This document shows, one piece after another, positions 1 through 8,877 of a stretch of DNA of 64,000 nucleotides. Each line of letters starts with the position of its first letter. Position 1 is the stretch's first letter. Position numbers and translations under genes: made by a program. This stretch comes from an uncultured virus (IMG/VR IMGVR_UViG_3300009176_000004) (taxonomy: Duplodnaviria; Heunggongvirae; Uroviricota; Caudoviricetes): IMG/VR virus record IMGVR_UViG_3300009176_000004; one strand, written 5' to 3'. The notes beneath the pieces were generated by a model. It did no database searches, was not told the DNA's origin, and worked only from the letters and a program-made list of their open reading frames with translations.

Positions 1-662
1 AGATCCCGTACGTCGTAGTCACGGGGCACAACGAGATGATCGACGTGCTCGCGGAGCTGCGACGGAAGCCGGGGAAGATCGAGTACGAGCAGAGCGAGTT
101 CGGCTGCGTCGTCCTCGACTCCGTCACGCAGTGGGGCGAGTTCCCGCTCGAGCGGTACATGCAGCTCAAGGGCTGGGACGATCTCTCAACGCCGTCCGCG
201 AACAAGGATCCACGCGGAGCGTACGGCTTCCTCTCGGAGAAGGGTCGACAGCTGTATAAGTCGCTCTTCACCCTACACGGGCATCTCTACATCATCGCGA
301 GGGAAGGTCTCTTCGGTGGTCAGGACGGCGAACCGCTCTTCGCCGCGCCTGAGCTGCCTGGGCAGAAGCTCCCTCGCGAACTGCCGGGCTGGCCCGATGC
401 GACGGTACGACTTCGCGTCATCGCGGGCAAGTACCGCATGATCACGAAGGGCGAGGGCGGGAGTCCGGCACGAGTCCGACTGCCCACGTCCTTCCCTGAT
501 CTTCCGCAGCGGTGCAATCAGGATATCGCTGCGCTGATCAAGTACATGTGCGGAGACCGTTCCGCCTACGACCTCCTCGTCCCGAAGGACAAGGAGCCCG
601 CTCAAGCTCTGAAACCGGCAGTGGCTGCTCCGCAGCCGCAGGCCGTCGCCGCAACCAAGTGA
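1..662 (+). CDS. AAA_24/Sak4-like P-loop ATPase (recombination), 5'-truncated by window edge
   Basis: Walker-B-like 'CVVLDSVT' and 'PD-x-T-V-RL' C-terminal pattern; followed by an SSB-like gene as in Sak4-SSB modules; Walker A would lie upstream of the window. Confidence 0.6.
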   Translation, partial: IPYVVVTGHNEMIDVLAELRRKPGKIEYEQSEFGCVVLDSVTQWGEFPLERYMQLKGWDDLSTPSANKDPRGAYGFLSEKGRQLYKSLFTLHGHLYIIAREGLFGGQDGEPLFAAPELPGQKLPRELPGWPDATVRLRVIAGKYRMITKGEGGSPARVRLPTSFPDLPQRCNQDIAALIKYMCGDRSAYDLLVPKDKEPAQALKPAVAAPQPQAVAATK

Positions 663-687
663 GAGGCACACGAGGAGAGAAACGCAC

Positions 688-1092
688 ATGGTCATGATTC
701 CGAACTCCGCCCGCATGGGCGACATGCCGAAGGGCGAGCCGCTGCCCGAAGGCGTCTACCAGCTCCGTCTCGAGAAGGCCGTCTATAAGACGAGCAAGGA
801 GAAGGGCACTCCGATGGCGGAGGTGACGTTCGTCGTGCAGGGCCCCGTCGAGGCCGAAGAGCATCACGGCCGGAAGGTCTTCGACAACCTCATGCTCGCC
901 GGCGAGGGCATGTTCCGGACGCGTCAGCTGCTGGAAGCGGCAGGCTGGGGCGAGGACGATACGCTCGAGGACACCGAGCAGCTCGTCGGCCTCGAGGTCG
1001 GCGCTGCGATTACTGTCGAGAAGCCGCGTGAGCAGGACGGGAAGTCGTATCCCGCCCGTTCGAAGGTCGCGCGCTACATCTCGCTCGAATAG
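688..1092 (+). CDS. DUF669-like single-stranded DNA-binding protein
   Basis: 'PLPEGVY...TSKEKGTPM...HHGRKVFDNL' pattern typical of phage DUF669 SSBs; GAGGAG RBS. Confidence 0.7.
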   Translation: MVMIPNSARMGDMPKGEPLPEGVYQLRLEKAVYKTSKEKGTPMAEVTFVVQGPVEAEEHHGRKVFDNLMLAGEGMFRTRQLLEAAGWGEDDTLEDTEQLVGLEVGAAITVEKPREQDGKSYPARSKVARYISLE

Positions 1093-1311
1093 GCCCCTCC
1101 GGGCCTTACTCCCGACGCTTCTCGCCCATGTGAAGCGCCGCTAGCCGTCGGTCCCGAACGGTGGGAGATTCGGGACTTTGCTTCGCGCTTCGCCATGACT
1201 AAGATCCGATATCCAGGCGCCTTCTGGTGCGCCACGCACAGAACATTCCACGTCGCTCCTTGTCCCGAGCTCATCGCGAGCCGCGCATGGAACAAGCTAC
1301 GGAGTCCTCTA

Positions 1312-1662
1312 ATGCCAGAACTCGACCCAGAGAAGTTCTATCTCCCGGGCGGCGCGACGCGAAGCGAGCGTGCGCCCCGCTATGACCTCGTCCCTCACGA
1401 ACTCAGTCGCCGCGTCGCTGCGCGGTACGCCATGGGCGCCCTCAAGCACGGCGAGCAGAACTGGAAGAACTCACTCACGACGGAAGCGGACGCCCGGACG
1501 TTCTGCCTCGAAGCACTCAATCACATGCAGGAGCACCTGTTCAAGCTGACGCATCAGCTCGATCTCGGTGATGATCATCTCGGCGCGATCGGGTGGGGCG
1601 TCAGTGCGATCGTCTACGCAGAAGCACTCTTCGATAAGTCCATGTGGGAGCTCGGCAAGTGA
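1312..1662 (+). CDS. DUF5664-like dATP/dGTP diphosphohydrolase
   Basis: 'GATR...PRYDLVP...GALKHGEQNWK...LNHMQEHL...DDHLGAIGW' matches the family pattern; start could be 1195. Confidence 0.75.
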   Translation: MPELDPEKFYLPGGATRSERAPRYDLVPHELSRRVAARYAMGALKHGEQNWKNSLTTEADARTFCLEALNHMQEHLFKLTHQLDLGDDHLGAIGWGVSAIVYAEALFDKSMWELGK

Positions 1663-2078
1663 CGATCATTGTCTCGCATACGATCTCGATGGGGCACAGG
1701 CTCCCGTCGTACAAGGGCATCTGCAACTCTCCGCACGGGCACAACGTCACGGTCGTAACACGCATAGAGACGGCCGAGTTCCTCGACTTCAAGGAAGTCA
1801 GCGACGAGCTCCGGCAGATCCTGCAGGACTTTGACCATGCGATGGTCTTGCAGGTGACGGACCCGCTCGTCGAAGCTCTCGCAGCCTTTGGCTTCCGTCT
1901 GGTGCTCCTGAACGTGGAGCCGTCGACGGAGAACATCGCACAGCACGTCTTCAATGAGCTGGTCCGGAGCTCTTATGACGTGCAAGAAGTAACCGTACAT
2001 GAGACGGCGAAGTACGCCGCGTCCGTGTATCTTGCGGATGATCTCGTACAGCGCATTCTAATGGAGGAGAGGTCATGA
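1659..2078 (+). CDS. queD: 6-carboxy-5,6,7,8-tetrahydropterin synthase QueD
   Basis: 'GHRL...C-x3-HGH', 'DFKEV', 'FDH', 'PSTENIA', 'HET' motifs; GTG start overlapping upstream stop. Confidence 0.9.
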   Translation: MTIIVSHTISMGHRLPSYKGICNSPHGHNVTVVTRIETAEFLDFKEVSDELRQILQDFDHAMVLQVTDPLVEALAAFGFRLVLLNVEPSTENIAQHVFNELVRSSYDVQEVTVHETAKYAASVYLADDLVQRILMEERS

Positions 2079-2299
2079 CCGAACAAGAGATCTCGACGAA
2101 CCTACAGCTCATCGAGCGCATGCTCCGCGATGAGACCGTCGAAGTAACATTGCTGCGGGGTACCCGCCAGATCGACAAGGGAGATCCCTTCGAGCATCAT
2201 ACGCCGACGTCCGGGAAGACCGTAATCATTCGGACCGGAGGCGGCGCGAGGAACGAGGAGAAGATCTCGTTCGAGGACTACCAGAGACAGGGGGCGTAG
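2075..2299 (+). CDS. hypothetical protein
   Basis: GGAG RBS, ATGA overlap with queD, abuts queE. Confidence 0.65.
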   Translation: MTEQEISTNLQLIERMLRDETVEVTLLRGTRQIDKGDPFEHHTPTSGKTVIIRTGGGARNEEKISFEDYQRQGA

Positions 2300-2300
2300 C

Positions 2301-3029
2301 ATGACCTATCGCGTCGCCGAGAAGTTCAAGAGCATACAGGGCGAGGGGCAGTACGCAGGGACGCCGATGGCGTTCATACGTTTCGTCGGCTGCAGCGTCG
2401 GCAAGAAGATCTGTCAGCACTGCGACACGGACTTCGACAACACGATGCCCTGGCGTGGCGGTGGAGAATTCACGGCAGGAGAGCTCCTCGACTGGGCGGC
2501 TCCGTACAAGCACATCTGTCTGACGGGTGGCGAACCGCTCGACCAGGAGCTGCATCATCTATTCTTCCCGTCACGTGATTCATCAGGCCTCTCCTACCCA
2601 GCCCCTGACCTCTTCCACATCGAGACGAGTGGAACGAAGTTCCCGTCTGAGTGGCCTCCGTCGCTCAGGGACGGCCATCCGACGAAGCGCGTCTGGCTCT
2701 GCGTCTCGCCGAAGCCTGGCTGGGACAGCAGTATGATCGAGCTCGCGGACGAGATTAAGGTCATCGTGCCAGGGCTCGGAACGCCGGAGTCACTCCACGC
2801 TCTGACGAAGGCCGACGGGCACCTGCTCTCACAGCTCGAGAGCTTCCGGTGGCCTGATCTCAAGGACGCTCTGCGGTGGGAGAAGGAAGGGAAGCTTGTC
2901 TACCTTCAGCCCCGCAACGGGAAGTTCGAAGTCGACAGGATGAACCTGCTCTACGTGACGGACCTACTCCGCGATCATCCCAGTCTTCGCCTTTCCGCCC
3001 AGCTCCACAAGATCCTGAAGGTGCAGTGA
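2301..3029 (+). CDS. queE: 7-carboxy-7-deazaguanine synthase QueE (radical SAM)
   Basis: 'EKFKSIQGEG', 'FIRFVGC...CQHCDT', 'LTGGEP', 'IETSG', 'VSPK', 'YLQP', 'LSAQLHK'. Confidence 0.93.
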   Translation: MTYRVAEKFKSIQGEGQYAGTPMAFIRFVGCSVGKKICQHCDTDFDNTMPWRGGGEFTAGELLDWAAPYKHICLTGGEPLDQELHHLFFPSRDSSGLSYPAPDLFHIETSGTKFPSEWPPSLRDGHPTKRVWLCVSPKPGWDSSMIELADEIKVIVPGLGTPESLHALTKADGHLLSQLESFRWPDLKDALRWEKEGKLVYLQPRNGKFEVDRMNLLYVTDLLRDHPSLRLSAQLHKILKVQ

Positions 3030-3568
3030 TGGACGAAGCAATGATGGCTCGGGGCATTAGCCTACTCCTGAACGGCATGGACGTTGATGTCGAAGACGCG
3101 AACTTCAAAGGGACGCCTGAGCGCGTCGCTAAGATGTACGTCGAGATGCTCACGCCGCCGCAGAACAACTGGACGACGTTCCCCGCTCGCTCTGCCGATC
3201 TGATTGTCTTACGGGGTCATAAGGTCATTGCGCTCTGCCCGCATCATCTCATGCCGGTGGAGCTGACGTGTTACGTCGGGTACATTCCGCATAAGATTAC
3301 GATCGGCCTGTCTAAGCTCGCCCGCGTCGTCGAGCAGCACTTGACCATGCCGATCATGCAAGAGGACCTGGCGGACCGCATCGCGGACAGTCTCAACGAC
3401 AAGCTCGAGCCTAAGGGCTGTGGCGTGATTCTTTCTGGCGTCCATGGCTGTATGCGCTTTCGTGGGGTAGAATCAGATGGAGATGTGGTTACGAGCGTGA
3501 TGCGGGGAGTGCTCCTGCTGAATCCGACGGCGCGAAGCGAGTTCCTGCAGATCGTAGGGAGGCCGTAA
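3029..3568 (+). CDS. folE: GTP cyclohydrolase I FolE
   Basis: 'TPERVAKMY', 'CPHHL', 'GLSKLAR', 'MQEDL', 'HGCMRFRGV'. Confidence 0.95.
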   Translation: MDEAMMARGISLLLNGMDVDVEDANFKGTPERVAKMYVEMLTPPQNNWTTFPARSADLIVLRGHKVIALCPHHLMPVELTCYVGYIPHKITIGLSKLARVVEQHLTMPIMQEDLADRIADSLNDKLEPKGCGVILSGVHGCMRFRGVESDGDVVTSVMRGVLLLNPTARSEFLQIVGRP

Positions 3569-3762
3569 TGGAAGACTGGATCTTGACCATTACAGTACGT
3601 GGCGTGAAGGCAGAGGATAAGACGGGCGCAGAGCTCGCCGGCATGCTCATGATCCATCCGCCGGCGATCAGTGACGTGGAGATCATCGCACGCAAGTCTG
3701 CTCCGCAGACAGCTGAGGCGAAGCCTCAGCCAACGTTCAGGTCGACAAAGGAGGGTCTGTGA
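3568..3762 (+). CDS. hypothetical protein
   Basis: GGAGG RBS, translationally coupled to folE. Confidence 0.55.
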   Translation: MEDWILTITVRGVKAEDKTGAELAGMLMIHPPAISDVEIIARKSAPQTAEAKPQPTFRSTKEGL

Positions 3763-4109
3763 AACCACCGTACAAGGTCGATCCGACCATCTATCCCGAA
3801 TTCGGGTGGATGAACCTCGACAATCGAAAGGTCGAAATTACCTGGCCTGCACCGCCTGACTGGAAGAAACGGCATCCCCCATCGCGAAGCAAGACCTTCA
3901 AGCCGGGGATCAGCAAGGAAGAACTGTATCGCGCACTCCTTCTGTGGGCCAAGAATGGGGTCGAGTGCGTCCACGAGATTCGACGGCAGCGGGGCATAGC
4001 GCCAGATCCACACGCGTACAACAAGATCTGTGAGAACATCAGGCGGAACAAGGAGAACAGGGAACATCGCGAACTCCTCGAAAACGGAACTGTTGGGATC
4101 TATGCCTGA
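3759..4109 (+). CDS. hypothetical protein
   Basis: GGAGG RBS, overlaps both neighbours in operon fashion. Confidence 0.6.
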   Translation: MKPPYKVDPTIYPEFGWMNLDNRKVEITWPAPPDWKKRHPPSRSKTFKPGISKEELYRALLLWAKNGVECVHEIRRQRGIAPDPHAYNKICENIRRNKENREHRELLENGTVGIYA

Positions 4110-6672
4110 AGACAAGCCGACGTACAAGTCGCTCGAGTTCCAGTTCGAGCAGGAGGCACCTGCCGATGTCGAAGCCGTCGCAGATCCCGTGGGTAATCCT
4201 TTCGGAAAGCCCCCCGAGTGCAGGGCTTGCCCGTTATTCCGTGAGCCCGGAATCGTACGAGGCGACGGAAATCGCAACGCTAGTATTCTCTATCTCGGAG
4301 AAGCTCCTGGAGCGGAAGAGGTCGACACCCCGCTCAAGCCTGGTGGCGCCGGCTATCGTCCAGAACGTATGCGACCGTTTGTTGGCGGCTCTGGTCGAAT
4401 CCGCAGCAAGCTTCTTCAGCACGCCGGACTTGATAAACGGCTCGATCTATATACAACGAACGTTGTCAAATGCCGGCCTCCGGACAACCGTACACCGACT
4501 GCGGTGGAGGTCGCCTACTGCGCCCACTTCCTGATGGACGAGATCAACGACGTCAAGCCGAACGTGATCATCGCGGCCGGCGAGACAGCGTTGACGACCG
4601 TTACCGACAAGGAGAAGATCGGCCTCTGGCGAGGCGTCCCGACGGAAGGACCGTTACGCGATGCGCAGAACCCGGAGCTCGGCAGGTACAAAGTCTTCCC
4701 CACCTGGCACCCCGCCTTCGTCATGCGGGCCCAATACAACTGGCCGTTCGCGGTCCACGACCTGGCACGCGCGAAAGCTCAAAGCGCGTACCCGGAGATC
4801 AACCGTGTACCGTTCACTATTATCCGACAGGCTGACGCAGCAACTCATGGAGCAGGTCTGCTTGCAACTGCTCGAGCACGGGGGTCCTGTACCTTCGACT
4901 TCGAAACAACAGGTCTCTCCTTCGTCCGTGATCAGATTCTCATGTGCGGTTTTGTCGCGAGGCCAGATCAGGGTGAGGTGTACGATTGGACCGTTGGTAC
5001 CCAGCGCCTCTTTCAAGAACTACTTGACGACCCTGAGATCGAAATCGTCGGTCAGAACGTCCTTAACTTCGACTGCCCGATGGCCGAAGAGAAAGGCGCC
5101 CGGATCCCCTGGCTGAGAGTCTTCGATACGATGGTCGCGTTTCACCTCTGCAACGCGAGCTACGGACAGACGTCCGTCGCGGAGCAGGATGCAGGGACGT
5201 TCCGGCCAGGTGGAGCGGCGGAGAAGGATCTGGCGTTCCTCGCGAGCAATCATACGGACATCGAGTACTGGAAGAGCAGAGAGGGCTACCGCAACGATCT
5301 TAAGGGCGTGTGCGGAGTCGACTGCATCGCGACGGACAGAGCAGCGACAGATCTCCGACGCGAGCTTGCGATGTATGAGATGGAAGACCTCTACTGGAAG
5401 CACGTGCTGCCGATACATCCCGTCCTGAAGCGGATGACGAGGCGCGGAGTCCGGATCGACTTAGACCGTGCCATGAAATGGAGCATCGCACTCGAAGAGG
5501 GCGCGGATAAGCTCGAGGAGGAGTTCAAGCTACACGTCGGGGATCCGAACTTGAATCTGGCTTCCGCCCCGCAGATGATGAAGCTCCTGTACGAGACGAT
5601 GAAGCTGCCGGAGCAATTTCTCCTGGATAAGAAGAAGGGGAAGCGGCGGACGGCGAACGCGAAGGCGATCGCGGATCTTGCCGAGCAGTTCCCGAAGCAT
5701 GCCGCTCTGGCGGAGCTGACGAAGATCAGGCACTACCGCAAGATGAAGAGTACTTACATCGATCCCGGCCTGGAGTCAGACGACGGCCGCGTGCATCCGA
5801 AGTTCGGCGTGTCGAAGACATCGACCGGGAGAATGAACAGCTGGGATCCGAATGGGCAGAACGTCCCTGAGGACATGCGCGACATCTGGATCCCAGATTC
5901 AGACGAGCACGTCTTCATCTCAGCTGACTGGTCGCAGATCGAATGGCGTCTCGCGATGGTCATGTCAGGAGATCCGGTCGGCTTGGAGCTGCTCGCTCGT
6001 GGCGTGGATAATCATAAGGCCGTCGCGGCGGAGACGCTACGCAAGGCCATTGAGGACATCACGGACGAGGAACGCCACGCGAGCAAGTTCATCGTCTACG
6101 GACTGGGCTACGGTCGTGGCGCCCCGTCCATCGCACAGGCGCAGCACCTGGACTTAGGCTTCGTCCACGACTTCATCAACGGCTTCTTCAGCCGCTTCCG
6201 CGTCTTCAAGGGCTGGCGGGATGATAACGTCAACTTCGTCAAGAAGAATCACTTCCTACGGAACCCGTACATGCGTCGCCGCTGGTGGTACACGTGGGAA
6301 GTAACGGAGGTCTATAACTTCCCCCAGCAATCGACCGCCGGCGATATGATGTACGATGCGCTCATCGGCATCGACGGGGACCTGCCGAGCGACGCAACGC
6401 TGCGCTTGACGGTCCATGATGAGGTCGTCGTTAACACTCCGAAGGATTGCGTCCGCGAGGTCGTCGAGGTCATACGGACGCACATGGAGCAGAAGCTCCC
6501 GCGCATCGTAGAGGCATCTGCCAATCCGACGATCGTACAGCAGTTCTATCCGGACGGATGGTTCTGCCCGGCAGACATCCACGCAGGGACGAACTGGAAG
6601 ATGTGCAAGAGCAAGGACGCGGGAGATAAGATCGCACGGGCGAAGCTCGAGAAGGCCTTAGGCATCAACTAA
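4102..6672 (+). CDS. polA: Family A DNA polymerase with N-terminal family-4 uracil-DNA glycosylase domain and 3'-5' exonuclease
   Basis: UDG4: 'CRACPL', 'GEAPGAEE', 'PFVGGSG', 'TNVVKCRPPDNR', 'HPAFV'. ExoI: 'DFETTG'. Pol: 'TGRMNS', motif A 'DWSQIEWR', motif B 'RHASKFIVYGLGYG', motif C 'TVHDE'. Confidence 0.95.
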   Translation: MPEDKPTYKSLEFQFEQEAPADVEAVADPVGNPFGKPPECRACPLFREPGIVRGDGNRNASILYLGEAPGAEEVDTPLKPGGAGYRPERMRPFVGGSGRIRSKLLQHAGLDKRLDLYTTNVVKCRPPDNRTPTAVEVAYCAHFLMDEINDVKPNVIIAAGETALTTVTDKEKIGLWRGVPTEGPLRDAQNPELGRYKVFPTWHPAFVMRAQYNWPFAVHDLARAKAQSAYPEINRVPFTIIRQADAATHGAGLLATARARGSCTFDFETTGLSFVRDQILMCGFVARPDQGEVYDWTVGTQRLFQELLDDPEIEIVGQNVLNFDCPMAEEKGARIPWLRVFDTMVAFHLCNASYGQTSVAEQDAGTFRPGGAAEKDLAFLASNHTDIEYWKSREGYRNDLKGVCGVDCIATDRAATDLRRELAMYEMEDLYWKHVLPIHPVLKRMTRRGVRIDLDRAMKWSIALEEGADKLEEEFKLHVGDPNLNLASAPQMMKLLYETMKLPEQFLLDKKKGKRRTANAKAIADLAEQFPKHAALAELTKIRHYRKMKSTYIDPGLESDDGRVHPKFGVSKTSTGRMNSWDPNGQNVPEDMRDIWIPDSDEHVFISADWSQIEWRLAMVMSGDPVGLELLARGVDNHKAVAAETLRKAIEDITDEERHASKFIVYGLGYGRGAPSIAQAQHLDLGFVHDFINGFFSRFRVFKGWRDDNVNFVKKNHFLRNPYMRRRWWYTWEVTEVYNFPQQSTAGDMMYDALIGIDGDLPSDATLRLTVHDEVVVNTPKDCVREVVEVIRTHMEQKLPRIVEASANPTIVQQFYPDGWFCPADIHAGTNWKMCKSKDAGDKIARAKLEKALGIN

Positions 6673-6685
6673 CAGAGGACGCATC

Positions 6686-7426
6686 ATGCAACTGTCGCTC
6701 GAGATTCCAGTCGCGTACTTAAAGCAGTGGGGCCCTCTGACGGACTTCGACTTCGCCCTCGCGCATCGAGTCCTCTCTGATCCCGTCTACAGGAAGCACT
6801 ATGCGACGAGAGAAGCAGGACGCGAGCTGCTGCTTGACAACTCGATGCACGAGCTCGGGACGCCACTACCCATTGCGAGCCTTGCGGATGCCGCATTCGC
6901 CGTAGGTGCTGACTATGTCATTGCGCCGGACCAGCTCGGCATGCCCGACTGGAACCTCGAGCAGTACCGGCTCACACTCGCTGGGCTGAAGGGTAGGTTC
7001 AAGATCGCCGTCGTCATGGCAGGAGCTACGCCAACCGCGCGAGCGGAGTATCTCGACGCTGTCGCGGGCGCGGATATGATCTGCCTGCCGTTCCGAGAGC
7101 CACGTCTCCGTTGGTTCCAAGAGCAGCGCGAACGGATCCTCGACTGGACTCGCATACACTTGCTCGGCGTCAATGAGATCTCCGAGCTCAAGGGCTTCGT
7201 CCGCTACGCACGTGGCGCGTCGCTTCACGAGCACAGGACCTGGTCTGTCGACACGGCAAAGCCGATCAAGTGGGGCTGGCAGCTGAAGAGCTTGAATCAT
7301 GGCGAGACGCTCAGGAGCTCAGGCATCAGTTCGCTCGACCTACTCGACCTCAGGGACGCGACACCAGAGCAGCGCTCGCGCATTGTCCAGAACATTCACT
7401 ACCTGAAAGGGGTCCTTGAGGAATGA
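6686..7426 (+). CDS. Divergent tRNA-guanine-transglycosylase/DpdA-like TIM-barrel protein
   Basis: 'LLDNSMHE', 'IAPD', 'IHLLG', 'SVDT' in the order of the TGT/DpdA motifs DSG, xD, HxLG, SxD; located in a folE-queD-queE operon. Confidence 0.65.
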   Translation: MQLSLEIPVAYLKQWGPLTDFDFALAHRVLSDPVYRKHYATREAGRELLLDNSMHELGTPLPIASLADAAFAVGADYVIAPDQLGMPDWNLEQYRLTLAGLKGRFKIAVVMAGATPTARAEYLDAVAGADMICLPFREPRLRWFQEQRERILDWTRIHLLGVNEISELKGFVRYARGASLHEHRTWSVDTAKPIKWGWQLKSLNHGETLRSSGISSLDLLDLRDATPEQRSRIVQNIHYLKGVLEE

Positions 7427-8877
7427 CAAAGATCCCAGACCCGATCAATGGAACGAAGACGGCCACGCCACCTGCAGCCGCGTTGCCGGCGAAGCCTGCC
7501 GCTAAGAAGAAGGTCTCCGACGGGCAGCGCATCTCAGAGATGATGCGGATACTCCAGAAGATGCAGCCCGAACAGGCGACGGCGGAGAGGTATGAGACCG
7601 TGATCGGCTGGGTCACGGCTCTGCCCGAAGATAAGCGACCGCCGGTACTCGGGCAGGCAATAGCGAACGCGTTCAATAAGACGCCTGAGGAAGTCGACCT
7701 GACGTTCAGGCAACGCGACAGACGGACAGAGTTCGATCTTCTCGTCCCGAAGAGCGGGTTCCTACATGACTACGTCGAGTGGACTAGGAATACCGAGCCG
7801 CCGACAGCCTTCCACTTCTTCGTCGCGGCGACCGTGCTCGGAGCTTCGCTTGGACGGAACGTCTCCTTCGATAAGGGTGCGTATCAGGTCTACCCGAACC
7901 TCTGCATCATTGTCGTCGCACCAACGGGCAGGTGCCGGAAGACGTCAGCGTGTAATCTTGGAACGAGTATGTATGTGCAATCGGGCGGTCTGATGCTCGC
8001 TGATAAGCTGACGCCCGAAGCGCTGGTCGAGGCGCTCAAGGACAAGGCGAATGCCGCAGGGCTCATATATGCACCGGAGCTGGCGGTCTTTCTGGGCAAG
8101 CAGAAGTACAATGAAGGAATGGTCCCACTCCTCACCGCACTCTTCGACTGCCCGAAAGAATGGACGGCATCGACCATCGGCCGTGGAGATGTCACTCTGA
8201 CGAACGTGGCGCTTTCAGCGCTGCTCTGTTCGACGATTGACTGGATGCAGACCGCGATCCCGAAGGACGCCTTCGGTGGCGGGTTCATGTCACGGTTCCT
8301 CTTCGTCGTGCAGGAGAGCACGCCGCGCGTCTTCCCTCTGCCGCCGCCGCTGAACTCTGACGTGAAGAAGTTCCTGGCGAAGGCGCTGCAGAACGCAAAG
8401 ATGAAGACCGGGAACTTCAGCCTGACGCCTAACGGGCATGAATGGTACGATCATTGGTACAGGACGCGCGGAGCCCAGCATGGCGATAAGCAGTATGCTG
8501 GCTACTTCGAGCGGAAGCCTGACCATATGATCAGACTCGCGATGGTAATGAAGGTCGCGGCCGTGCCCGGAGAGCTTACGCTCTCAGCAGAGGACTTACA
8601 GGCAGCGGAACGTATCCTGGTCTGGCTCGAGCAGTGGCTGCCGTCGACGTTCGATGAGATGACTACGAATGCCACGGGCGAGGATCAAACGCGCATCATG
8701 CGGCACCTCAAGCAGGCCGGCGGGCAGCTTGAACACTCTTCCCTCTTGCGTAAGAATAGCTCGAAGATGAACGCGGAGCAGTTCAGGCGAGCAATGACGA
8801 CGCTACGCGAAGCAAAGCTCGTGGAGCTGGACGGTCCGTCCCATACTTACTTCCTAACAGCAGAGGGGTGGCAATGA
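7423..8877 (+). CDS. DUF3987-like P-loop ATPase (helicase/primase-associated) with C-terminal winged-helix-like region
   Basis: 'YPNL.IIVVAPTGRCRKTSA' Walker A, 'TPEAL', 'GGGFMSRFLFV'. Confidence 0.75.
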   Translation: MTKIPDPINGTKTATPPAAALPAKPAAKKKVSDGQRISEMMRILQKMQPEQATAERYETVIGWVTALPEDKRPPVLGQAIANAFNKTPEEVDLTFRQRDRRTEFDLLVPKSGFLHDYVEWTRNTEPPTAFHFFVAATVLGASLGRNVSFDKGAYQVYPNLCIIVVAPTGRCRKTSACNLGTSMYVQSGGLMLADKLTPEALVEALKDKANAAGLIYAPELAVFLGKQKYNEGMVPLLTALFDCPKEWTASTIGRGDVTLTNVALSALLCSTIDWMQTAIPKDAFGGGFMSRFLFVVQESTPRVFPLPPPLNSDVKKFLAKALQNAKMKTGNFSLTPNGHEWYDHWYRTRGAQHGDKQYAGYFERKPDHMIRLAMVMKVAAVPGELTLSAEDLQAAERILVWLEQWLPSTFDEMTTNATGEDQTRIMRHLKQAGGQLEHSSLLRKNSSKMNAEQFRRAMTTLREAKLVELDGPSHTYFLTAEGWQ

